A DNA stretch of 64,000 nucleotides, taken from Camelus ferus (taxonomy: Eukaryota). Below are positions 46,854 to 64,000 of the stretch, in pieces. The stretch is taken from the NCBI RefSeq assembly GCF_009834535.1, contig NC_045716.1:20894001-20958000 (forward strand), in the 5' to 3' direction. The translations under genes were made by a program, and so were the position numbers. Under the pieces are notes generated by a model, which was not told where the DNA came from, searched no databases, and saw only the letters and a program-made list of their open reading frames with translations. Numbering within the stretch: the first letter of the stretch is position 1; each line of letters opens with the position of its first letter.

Positions 46854-47624
46854 GTTAAAAATAACTTGAGTGACACAAACAACCCTGTAAAGTTGTACTG
46901 ATGATGAAACTGAAACTTGGAAGTCAAGTTGCCTAGGGTCACAAAATAGGTCGATAGTGGAGCAGGGACCAGAACCCTGGTCATATGACTCTCATTTCAG
47001 AGCTTTTTATGTTATTTAGTGCACTTTATTTGTACTTTGAAGTTAGGCTTCGTTCTTAGCTATAAACCAAGGTTAATGGTATTTCCTTCTTCAGTTGTCC
47101 TTAGGCTTACATGAGATGATGCAGGAAAGCACTTAGCATGGCACCTGGAAGGCAGCAGGTGCTCAATAAACTGAAGCATTTATTATTTTTTGCCCTCAGT
47201 TTTCTTACCACTCTATTGATTTAGTCCATTATCTAAAATTGGGAGGCTTAGAGTACATACTTAGGGAAATCCAGGACCCTATAATCTTAGAATCTGCCTC
47301 TGGGTCCTTTTCCTTTAAAAAATAAACTATCTTAGGGAGGAGTGGTCTTATCCTGATTAAGATTAGAAATTGGAAGTGGTGAGGGGACATTTTAATTCCA
47401 GTTTCTATCTCTGCTATCTGTTTGTTTGTTTAACCTTATAACTAACTGCCTGCCTTTTGGCCTTATGCCAATGTTTTGTCTGTGACCTGTTATCTTCCCA
47501 TCCTGCTGTTCGTGGATTTATTTAATAACTATTTATTGAGGACCCACTTTGTGCCAAGCCCTAAAGGATCTGCTGTTTAAGGGTGAGCTAGATAACATGA
47601 TCCCTGGCCTTGTTGAACTTTTTG

Positions 47625-47930
47625 GACTTTAAAGTCAGATATATGTGGGTTTGAATGCTGATTCTCCCACATAGTAGCTTTATGACCACTGGCAGGTCAC
47701 TTAACCTGAGTCTATTTCCTCATCTGTAAAGTGAAAATAGTATGGGGGGGGGGAGCAGGTATAGCTCCGTGGTAGAGTGCATGCTTAGCATGCACAACGT
47801 CAATCCCAGTACCTCCGGCTAAATAAACCTAATTCCACCCTGCCCCCTGACCAAAAAAAAAAAAAAAAAGCAATATCTTGTGAGGATTCAATAAGATGAG
47901 GTCCATTGAGCCATGGAGTAAGTACTTAAA
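47625..47930 (+). mobile_element. MIR split by a Vic-1 SINE
   Basis: MIR core ...tttcctcatctgtaaa at about 47715-47730 resumes as ttgtgaggatt after 47875. Confidence 0.65.
47743..47869 (+). mobile_element. tRNA-derived camelid SINE (Vic-1 type), B box deleted
   Basis: GG...GGTATAGCTCCGTGGTAGAGTGCATGCTTAGCATGCAC...CAATCCCAGTACCTCC, then AAATAAACCTAAT and an A tail. Confidence 0.85.
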
Positions 47931-48040
47931 GAAATGTTCCTTCCTTTATTTCTTTGCCCCCTTGTTTGTCCTACCCCAGAGCTGACTAGGAAGATTTCTG
48001 GGACTTTTGCTGGCCAGGGGATTTCTCACAGCCTCCAGCC

Positions 48041-49311
<1,271 letters not shown>

Positions 49312-49378
49312 GTTTGGGGAAGAGTAGCTTCTCCTTGTCTTAGCCTTGAAGGTTCAAGCCACTTCTTTTTCAGACACT

Positions 49379-49384
49379 AATAAA
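49379..49384 (+). terminator. MRPL24: MRPL24 poly(A) signal AATAAA
   Basis: About 70 nt after the stop codon. Confidence 0.85.
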
Positions 49385-49729
49385 GAGCCTTGAGTTCTCC
49401 CATGTGTGCAGCTGCTGTCTTCTGGTAAACTGGCACCCCTAACCCTCGTGCACCTGTTTCAGGGACTGAAGGAAGAAAGGGACATCTGTCCTGATGTTGG
49501 GACCAAACCTTAGGCAGTCTTAATGTGGCCCTGCAGATTCTGGGATGGAAATCGGAGAGCTTCCCTCCATGGAGACTTCTGAGTAACAAGATGCTGCCTG
49601 TTACCGAAGACAGAGGGGATTGGGGGTGTGAGACCTAATTTAGCACCTCAGCAGCATCTCAGTAGGGAGGGTGCATGTCTGACCTTTCTATGCTTAATAG
49701 AAACATCAGGGAAATAAGGATTTCACTTT

Positions 49730-49735
49730 TTTAAT
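49730..49735 (-). terminator. METTL25B: candidate METTL25B poly(A) signal ATTAAA
   Basis: TTTAAT on + within an AT-rich block about 210 nt past the stop codon. Confidence 0.5.
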
Positions 49736-49941
49736 AAATTAAAAATAAAATTTTTACATAATAGTATATAACACACAGAGGGAGAGAAAGGATAAGAAGC
49801 TGAAGGTTTGTGAGGCACCAGGATTCCAGGGAGAGTGTAGGATGCTGGTTCTCTGGCTGAGGAAATGAAGACTGCCACCCAGCGTGGCACCTGGCAGTTC
49901 CAGATGAGGTCCGAGATATGCCCGCCCTTCCTCAGGCTGCA

Positions 49942-55833
<5,892 letters not shown>

Positions 55834-55899
55834 TCAGGAGCACGCGGGTCGAAGACCTGGGCTGAGCTCAGGTCTGCAGGCGGAACGGGAAGAAAGCGC

Positions 55900-56200
55900 T
55901 CGGAATTCGGTCCCCGACGCTGCCTTTCCGGGATTCCAGGCTGGGGTTGAATACGTCAGGTGCCCTCCTGACGTCACAGGTCGCGACGACCCACAGCGCG
56001 AAGGTGTCAGCGTCGGAAACAAGTGGGGCGGCGGCGAGGCAGCGCAGTGACGCCACAGATGAGTGCTAGGGCGCCCAGCTCACGGAGAAGGGCGGGCCAA
56101 TTCCAGGTCCCGCCCCAGGCCCCGCCTCTTCCCGTACACTTTCCTCCTCTTCCGGAAGTGAGAGCCGGGGTCTCCGGCGCACTGCAGTTCCCGTTTGTCG
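55900..56200. promoter_or_regulatory. bidirectional METTL25B/ISG20L2 promoter in a CpG island (about 55650-56530)
   Basis: Head-to-head genes; full CRE TGACGTCA 55969-55976, ETS CCGGAAGTG 56152-56160, CCAAT at about 56097 and GC boxes. Confidence 0.85.
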
Positions 56201-56487
56201 CGGCCTCCCCACACCTTCGAGTTGTACCTCCAAGGGGCTAGAGGGGCCGGGGAGCGCATCCCGCCACCGCCCCCACCCACGCCGCCCCCACCGCCGCCGC
56301 CGCTGCAGCTCCTCACACACTCAGAATCCCTGGCCTCGCTCCCGGAGGCTGGGGTGCTGCGGGTACGCGCGCGCCGACCCCTGGCGCGTTCCAATCCACG
56401 GGCCTGCCGGCCCGGGCCTCGACGACGCGCGCTAATTTCCGTATCCGGCTCCGGACGCTTCCGGCCTTAGCTGGACCCATCTAGGAG
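56160..56487 (+). other. ISG20L2: ISG20L2 putative non-coding exon 1 (donor GTAGGT at 56488); next acceptor at 57114/57115
   Basis: GC-rich, ATG-free leader containing a CCG/CCA run; GAG|GTAGGT; ttcttccccag acceptor. The start coordinate is approximate. Confidence 0.55.
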
Positions 56488-57231
56488 GTAGGTGTGTGAG
56501 CATGTGGGGCTGGCTCCTGGCCCGGAGCCGCCAAGGTGTGCTCACCAGGATAGGTTGTCCCCAGCCTCGGTCTCCTCCATGCTGATATGTGTTGTCAAAG
56601 GTTCTTTCTTGGGAGAAGGCCTTGAGTGAGATGCATGTGGTTTTCCCCCACCTGGAACGAGGGAAAGGGGTGCCTGGATTTATATCTCTGTTCGTGGGGC
56701 CCGCATTGGGAATGCCTGGGTAACCCAGAGGTCATCAATGCCATACCCGTCATTGCCTTCGAGCATACTTAGACGTTCTTTCCCTGGGCAGATAATAGAG
56801 CTCACCTGTTCTGGCGTTCCAGATTCAGAGTTCCAGCTGTTTGGCCCTTCAGATCCCCCGTTTACAAATGAGACTGAGATCTAGAGAGGGGGAATGGCTT
56901 CCCTTACGCCATACCTTCGCTAGATGTGAATTGTGGACCTTCGCTAGAACCCGGGCTTCCTGTTTCAGACAGTGCTCCTTGCATCATTTCATACATTACA
57001 TTAACTGAGAGGTTGCTCTGAAGTCTTTCCTCTCTAAAGTTCTACAGAAAGGGGTCATATCTTATTGGTTCCCAAGCCTATGGGCTCCGTTATCAGGATC
57101 ACTTTCTTCCCCAGGTTATACCACAGACCTCCAGATGTTGGTCTGTGGGATTCAGCAGAGGATGAATTTTATCTCCTCCTCTCATTGGTAAACTACTCTT
57201 CCCAACTGTTCGCCCACCATCCATTGTCATC

Positions 57232-57966
57232 ATGTCTACCTTACTCCTCAATCTGGATTTTGGCGAACCTCCTCCAAAAAAGGCATTAGAAGGGAATGCC
57301 AAGCACCAAAAATTTGTCAAGAAGCGGCGGCTCTTGGAACGGAAAGGTTTTCTGAATAAGAAGAAGCAGCCCCCTAGCAAGGTGCCTAAGTTGCACTCAG
57401 AACTTCCAAAGAAAGGGGAAACTCCTAAGGTAGATGGCGCTTGGAAGGTCCCTCCCCTTCCAAAAAAGAAAAAGACAGCTGCCTCCAGCAGTGGGTCGGA
57501 GCAGTCCCTGGACAAGAAAGCTGCAGTGCCTTGGCTGACCCCTGCCCCTTCACAGAAGGCTGGTTCTGTTGTGGCTAAAGTAGATTTGCTGGGGGAGTTC
57601 CAGAGTGCCCTACCAAAGATTAAGAGCCACCCAACTCGCCCCCAGAAGAAAGGCTCCCAGAAGAACCCTCCTCAGAAGAATGTCCCCCAGAACTCCACCA
57701 ACACTCATTCAGAGAATAAATATTCTGGAGCATCCCAGAAGATGCCGAGGAACATGGTGGCAATGGACTGTGAGATGGTGGGCACGGGGCCCAAGGGGCA
57801 TGTCAGCTCCTTGGCTCGATGTAGCATTGTCAACTACAGCGGAGATGTGCTTTATGATGAGTACATCCTTCCCCCCTGCCACATCGTGGACTACCGGACC
57901 AGATGGAGTGGTATCCGGAAGCAGCACATGGTGAATGCTACACCCTTCAAGATTGCTCGGAGCCAG
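57232..57966 (+). CDS. ISG20L2: ISG20L2 first coding exon ([12 protein letters not shown]...KIARSQ)
   Basis: 735 nt; GTGAGA donor. Confidence 0.97.
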
Positions 57967-60903
57967 GTGAGAGGCATGGAGCACGATGGTAGCAGCAAGG
58001 TAGACGGAGAGAGGTCCAAATAATTTTTCAGAGAAGGATATCAGTCTGGGAAGGCGCCAAAGGAGGGGAGGGATGGATGGAGAGAGTAGAATATCAGAAG
58101 GCGGCTTTCTCTTGGGATAAGGAGTGGTGAAAGTGTGGAAAGGTACAATTAGCTGGTATAACAAATTTCATTAGTTAAGATCTATATTAGGTCCCAAGTA
58201 GAACCCTCATCTGGAGAACTGGGAATCTGCATAGAGAAATAACAGCCAGTTTTGATGGACAGAGCAGCAGGCATGAGGGCCAGGGGCAAGGGGCTCAATT
58301 TGAGAATGCCTTGTAGAGTTGGAGCCTAGGGTTGAGAACAGAGGTGGAGAGGACCTCCCAAGCAAGAAGCAGTCTGTGGCAATGTGGAAAGTTGGTGGTA
58401 GGAGAGGACAGAATGTTGACAGAAGGAGCTGGGGCATTTATATAACTGGAACAAGTAGCCTGCAGTGAAGGGGATAAAAGATACAGGACTGGTATGTCAG
58501 GGTTCTCACCTCACTCACTGAGCAAACTTAGTCACTTTAAGCCCCATGCTGAATACTGGGGACACAGAATAGGAAAGGAGCATGAGCTGGTAGAGGTGAA
58601 GGGGAGTGGAGCCTGCCGGTCTTGGGAGGCCTCCAGAGGGCGCCCTTGGTTCACTTCTTTGTAATTTCAGCTCCTCTGTCTTTGCCTTCTTTAGACACAC
58701 TGTTCCAATTACTCCTTAAATGCCAGAACAGTCCATTGGAGGAGTTTTGTTAGAGGTGGAACAGCTGGATTTTAGAAAGAACTTGAAAAAAAGAACTGAA
58801 GAACATTCTGGCACGAAGGGCACAGCTGAGCAGTCTTGGGAGATGCAGGATGTGGGGTGGGTCTGAGACATTAAATCCCCTCAGCTTTAATGAGGGCTAT
58901 GTGTTGAAGTTAATGCTGAAGTAAAGATGTTGGTGGTCACTAAACTGCAGGTAAAGTTAGCAACTCAGTACCCAGTTGATTGGACTATATCTTGTTTTCA
59001 TCTTAAAAACCAGCACCCAAGTTGGGGTATGAGACTAAGGTACATCCAGATGAGCCTGTTCCCTTCCAGGGGGTGCCATTGGGAGGCCAGTCATTGATTC
59101 CAGGCCTGTTGCTCTTGTTCACAACCTGTTTGGAACCCCATTTTGGTAATGTCCTTTGGGTTCATGGCATATTCTTCAGTTGTCCTCACTGGTAGTATGT
59201 TCTTACACTTTAAGATTCTGAAATGGTGAGAAATTATTTGGTTCCAAGACTAGTGTGAGTAAGGTTCCCTCTGGTTATGAGCAGGAGGAGCTATAAAGCA
59301 GTGGAACTGACTTTGATAAAGCAACATAATCAAAGATCACTTGATTACTTCCCTCTTCAGTCTTTGTAAGTTATTCATAATCTTTTATGGCTTATAGGCC
59401 CTTTGAGAATCTGATGAAAGGCATGGATTTCTCCCCCTCCCCCCCCCACCCCCAATATACACATATCTATGTGCATATAATTTTGGGTTTCCATTATCTC
59501 CCTGGAACCTGTCTTTGACAACATTTGTCCCAGCCTCTGTCTAAGGCAAACATATGATCGTGGTTAAAGAACTTTAAGTATCAAGCCAGGACTGAACTAG
59601 GTAGTTAAATGAGTATCACACTGGAGTAGAATTTAATGAGACGATAAGGAGCCATGTGTGATAGAAGTCGAAACAGGGTTATACCATGGAAAATACCTAC
59701 TTTCACTTCTGGGAGAGGAGGTGGATTTCAGGTGAAAAAAAATTGTGGGAGAGGATATTTCAAGGATAAGGCAAGGTGGGCAACTGGTGAAAAGAACCTA
59801 GAAGGACTTGCGGCCGTGTTGGGTTTTCAGGATGCAGGGTCTACATCTTTGAGTCCTCCTCACCATCACCTCTTCCATGCCTGTTTCAGATCTTGAAGAT
59901 TCTCACAGGGAAGATAGTGGTGGGGCATGCCATCCACAACGACTTCAAAGCCCTTCAGTACTTTCACCCCAAGTCCCTCACCCGGGACACCTCTCATATC
60001 CCCCTCCTCAACCGTAAGGCTGACTGCCCAGAGAATGCCACCATGTCTCTGAAGCGTCTCACCAAGAAGCTGCTGAACCGGGACATCCAGGTAGCATCTC
60101 CCCAGATGCTTCCAGCCTCCTAGCTTCGGACACTAGAGGCTCTCTTGCTGCCTGTCTAGGGCTCTGACGCTGGAGTTCCGCTGGTTTTAGAGAGATCTGG
60201 GCGGGATGCTCTGATGGGAAGAGCTTTGGGCAAAGGGGTCCATCTGCACATAAGGATAACATTTCTTGTTCTCCACCTCTCAAAGTGTTCCAAACGGTAC
60301 TTGGAAAAGGAAGAAAACCTTAAAATGAGAGTTAAATCCTGACTTAAGAGAAGTAGAAAGCAAGTAGTTGTGGTCTAAAAGACCACATCCTGGATTCAAG
60401 GACCTCTTATATATTTCACATGTTTGGCACTCAAAGAGGTGGTGGCCTTCTGGGCAGGAGGGTGTAGACACATATCATATATAGATCAGTTAAGGAACTG
60501 GGGAATATGGAAGACTCAGAAGGCCTGTCTATGATATATGTTCTGTCTCTACAGGAGAATGTAGAACAAACAGTATGGCATATATATATTGCCCTAGAAA
60601 GGATTGAGGTAGGCAGTAGCATAGAAGTTGAACCCCTAAAATTAGATAAGGTGTAGGGCACCACCAGAGTTCTGCCTTTTCAGCCCACTAACTACAGAAG
60701 CAGCAGCATCATTGGGGTTGGAGGGAGCCGGTTGGGAAGGGAAGAAAACAACTTGTAACTTTATGCTCTTTTCTTCCTCCCTTGTTCAGGTTGGGAAAAG
60801 TGGACACTCCTCTGTGGAAGATGCTCAGGCCACCATGGAACTGTACAAGTTGGTTGAAGTTGAGTGGGAACAGCACCTGGCCCAGAATCCCCCAAAAGAC
60901 TAG
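57232..60903 (+). CDS. ISG20L2: ISG20L2 nucleolar DEDDh 3'-5' exoribonuclease, complete CDS, 349 aa
   Basis: join(57232-57966, 59890-60090, 60790-60903) = 1050 nt; catalytic motifs MDCEM, HNDFKAL and HSSVEDA. Confidence 0.98.
58628..58645 (+). promoter_or_regulatory. strong CTCF-like motif GGCCTCCAGAGGGCGCCC in an ISG20L2 intron
   Basis: Close match to the CTCF consensus CCASCAGRGGGCGC; motif evidence only. Confidence 0.5.
59890..60090 (+). CDS. ISG20L2: ISG20L2 second coding exon (ILKILTGK...LLNRDIQ)
   Basis: 201 nt, GT-AG flanks. Confidence 0.97.
60790..60903 (+). CDS. ISG20L2: ISG20L2 last coding exon ([12 protein letters not shown]...NPPKD*)
   Basis: 114 nt; TAG at 60901-60903. Confidence 0.97.
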   Translation, partial: VGKSGHSSVEDAQATMELYKLVEVEWEQHLAQNPPKD

Positions 60904-61742
60904 TGGCAGTGGGGATGCTGGTGATGTGGGAGGCAGAGGCAGCACCGCACCCAGGAGAACAGGGCAGTGGACCAATGGACAGCTCTTCCAGCTCCACACC
61001 TTTGGAAGCTGGAGTTGTTGGGGAGAGTGAGGCTCCACCCCAGACTTAATATCCATTGAAATTTCACCTCAGGTGTTGTGTTCTGTGTCTGGTTAAGTGT
61101 CCTATGGAAGAAGGAAGCTTCCATATAAGAACCCAGCCCTAGGCTGTTTACCTCTTAAATGGTGCTAACCACAGGTCCCAGGGTGCTTTGCTCCTGGGAA
61201 AAAAGCCTTTTGACTTTCAAGGGGCAGGGCATACTGGGCAATGTAGTTTTCCAAACTGCCTTATCACTAGGGTGGCCATATGTCTCATTTTATGCCTTTT
61301 GTTCTCAAGTAATTAATAGCATCCTCTTTCACTCTCAGAAGTATCCTATTGGGTAATAACTTACATGATCACATTACATCTCACAGACTCTGCTTTTGGC
61401 TCAGAGTCTACATCTAGTCTGTCAGAATATCACCTGTTCTTTCCACCTTGACTTCTAGAGAAGCCATCCCTGGTGAGATTTAGTTCTCCTTAGGCAATAG
61501 GGTAAGAGAGTGTGACTTGGAAATCAACTTTTCTGATTTAGGAAAGCAGTCTCTTTCCTAAAGTGATAGAGGATTTATTTAATTTAGATCCCACTTGGTA
61601 GTTAAAAAAGAATTTAAAGTGTTTTTATGGTAATTTTTAGTCTTTTGCTTTGCTAAATGAAGCCTCTAAAAACTCAAATTATTCCCTTGATAAATTTTTA
61701 TAAAGGAAAAACAGTTGTGTGATATTTTCTTTTTAACTTCAC

Positions 61743-61748
61743 ATTAAA
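61743..61748 (+). terminator. ISG20L2: candidate ISG20L2 poly(A) signal ATTAAA (alternative AATAAA at 62494-62499)
   Basis: Lies in an AT-rich block; usage unknown. Confidence 0.35.
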
Positions 61749-63118
61749 TAACTTTAATCACAAGATCCTGCAGAGCTATAATTCTGGTAGGGGGTCCAGG
61801 GTCTCTGTGGATGACACTCACTGGGCCCTGGTTTGCTGGAAGTCATCAAGAAGTGCTGACCAAGCCTCTGTGTGTAGCCCATGTTCTCTGATGCCTTGTC
61901 CTCGTCGCTGCCACAAATCAGCGAGCACACCTGAAGTGACACTCCAAGCCATGCTAACACCCTCACAGAGCCTGTGTGACCAGGAGAGTGACTCAGAGAG
62001 TGGGCATGCAGGAGGGATGGAGCAGGGGAGGAAGGGTGCTTGGTGACGCCAGCCTGGTCCCTCCTGTCAGGCCTTCCTTGGTGGTGCACACCCTCATGTT
62101 GGGAAGGTGAGTCATAGGTCTGACCTTGTGTCTGGGATCACTGTCTGCACTCTATCTTGAGCAAATGCAGACTCCATCTGTACACCAAGACTTGTGCCCT
62201 CTTGAGTGGCTGGTTTGGCTCCAGGGGCCAGAATCAGAATCATGGCTGCCTGTCGAAGGGAATTTCCTGCAGCCAAATCAGACCCCAGACATAGTCTTGC
62301 TCCCAGTGTCCTGCATTGCACGGTCTACTTGCACAGGCAGCTGTTGAGTTCTGAGCAAGTTGGGTCCTGTTGAATCCAACATATGTAATGTCAATGACAC
62401 TTCACAAAGAGGTGCCAGGCGTCCTCACACACCTCTAAGTGGGAATAATCTGGGAAGACCACACGAAAAACTGGGAATACAAGTCTTAATTGAAATAAAA
62501 GCAAGACTTAATTACATTTTGATAGTAAACTAGAAGATAATTGGAAAATTCTCAGTTGAGTTCAGCTTTTACAGTACCTGGCTTTGTGTGTGTCTTGGTG
62601 AAGCGGCAGTTGGCTTTTATGCTCTACCCTGCCCCCGACTCTCATTTCCTGAAAGGGCACCTGGTCTCAGTCCAACTTCAGGAAGAGCTGAGTCTCACTT
62701 CTGCTCAACAGGAAGAACCTGGGGACCAGAGGACTTTGCAGTCTTTTTCTCACTGCTTTCTTTCATTACACTTCCTAGTCAGAGCCCAGCTCACCCTGCA
62801 GAGTGCCTGGGGGTCCCCTGTACTTGAACCCTCTCTGTCTCCAGGGTCCTGGCTTCATCCACTTGATGATGAGCAAGCCCCATTGCAGATTGCTGCCTGA
62901 ATCCCAATCAGCAAGCCCTGTTTTGTCTTAAATCTAAGGTCTTTCAGAGTAGAGCATTTGCACAGAAAAACACATTCTCTTCCAGCAATAATCTTTTCCT
63001 AGCATAATGCTGTTTTCTAATGCTGAGACCCCCTGCTGTAGGTAAGAATGAGAAAGATCAAAGTGTGAGAAGTGTATCCTGCCAAACATTCTTGATCTTC
63101 TAAAATTTCATGTAACAA

Positions 63119-63198
63119 AGTGGTTCTTAAAAAGGGAAGGGGGAGTGTATTTTGAAACTTCAGGTAAGCTGCTATTACCTCTACCCTTAAGAACCACT
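63119..63198. mobile_element. 80-nt hAT-type MITE with perfect 12-bp terminal inverted repeats
   Basis: AGTGGTTCTTAA at 63119-63130 and TTAAGAACCACT at 63187-63198, a MER5/Charlie-like TIR. Confidence 0.55.
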
Positions 63199-63724
63199 GA
63201 TCCAGCCAAGGCTCCAAGAAGGAATCATTTGATTCCTAGTGTAACAGATGATTACAGCTGACAATAGGGAAGATGAACAGAGCTGTAATTACGAACTTAC
63301 CCCAAGGCACATTAGCCCAAGTCCAAGTTTAGAGACAGACAGAAATTCCCATGTATGCAGTACGCCAGGTGCATCTACAAATATCCTACATCTACTGTCT
63401 GTACTGTTCACAAAGCACTTTCATTTACCCTGTACTTCAGGGCAAGTCCACCAAACAGCTGACAGCATAACAGCATTTTACTGTTGCATTGACGCTACGT
63501 TTTAAGTTTGGTTTTGCAACTTACTAAAGTTGTGATGGGAAGTCCGTTTGCTTCTTGGAGCCTCAGTGGTTCTAGCATTAAAGTCTCAGGATTCTTTTCT
63601 AACCTTGATGTTTACCGAAGTGGTTGCTGGCATTAACTGTAATAATGGCAACCGTTTGTTGGGTGCTTCTAATAAGTCCTTTAGGAAGTATTGTCCCAGT
63701 CTCTTTAAGGTAGGTGGTGTTCTA

Positions 63725-64000
63725 ATTTAACAGTTGAGGAAGCTGAGGTTGACAAAAAGCAAGAAATCTTTCTCAGGCCAAGTAGCTGGAGGTTGGCAGT
63801 GCTGGCACTCAGACCTGCCAAGTCTGTCTAAAGCCTCTGTTTTTAACCACTGCCCTGCTTGCCTGTTAACACATCCAGGCAGCATCTGATGAGGCTTGGA
63901 ATCCTTCCACACAAATATTAAGCACCTACTATGTGCCGGGCATTGTGCTGGGCACTAGAGAAATGGCATTGTCTTTGCCCTGGAGTTGCTTACAGCAGCC
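63725..64000 (-). mobile_element. MIR followed by an L2 3' end
   Basis: gaggaagctgagg... (MIR); aaatattaagcacctactatgtgccgggcattgtgctgggcac (L2). Confidence 0.65.

Noticed and set aside
47743-47869. tRNA-like A-box sequences here and at 25129-25249
   Set aside because: SINE tails and A-tracts follow, there is no cloverleaf, and the B box is damaged; these are tRNA-derived SINEs, not tRNA genes.

Overview
Mammalian genomic DNA, most likely a camelid (two tRNA-derived SINEs of the Vic-1 type), syntenic to the human 1q23 cluster read in reverse. Gene order: PRCC (minus strand, complete 7-exon CDS, 491 aa); HDGF (plus strand; exons 2, 4 and 5 and the 3' UTR are visible, while exon 1, exon 3 and the stop-codon exon fall in N gaps); MRPL24 (plus, 216 aa, one GC-AG intron); METTL25B/RRNAD1 (minus, 475 aa); ISG20L2 (plus, 349 aa). 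METTL25B and ISG20L2 share a bidirectional CpG-island promoter. All visible exons were located by hand and their splice phases join into open frames. The rest is ordinary mammalian repeat content (MIR, L2, old and young L1 pieces, MLT1, hAT MITEs, a MER41-like solo LTR) plus 8 N gaps totalling about 1.6 kb. There is no prokaryotic-type system, CRISPR array, rRNA or true tRNA gene, and I cannot show a wholly new biological system. The best leads are: a polyadenylated, apparently L1-retroposed copy of an LTR transcript end in MRPL24 intron 1; an HDGF alternative first exon that keeps its frame and donor but has lost its ATG; a double AP-1 plus TATA module in HDGF intron 1; a MER41-like LTR with STAT-like sites; and uORFs in PRCC and ISG20L2. 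Repeat family names and human comparisons come from memory, not database searches.
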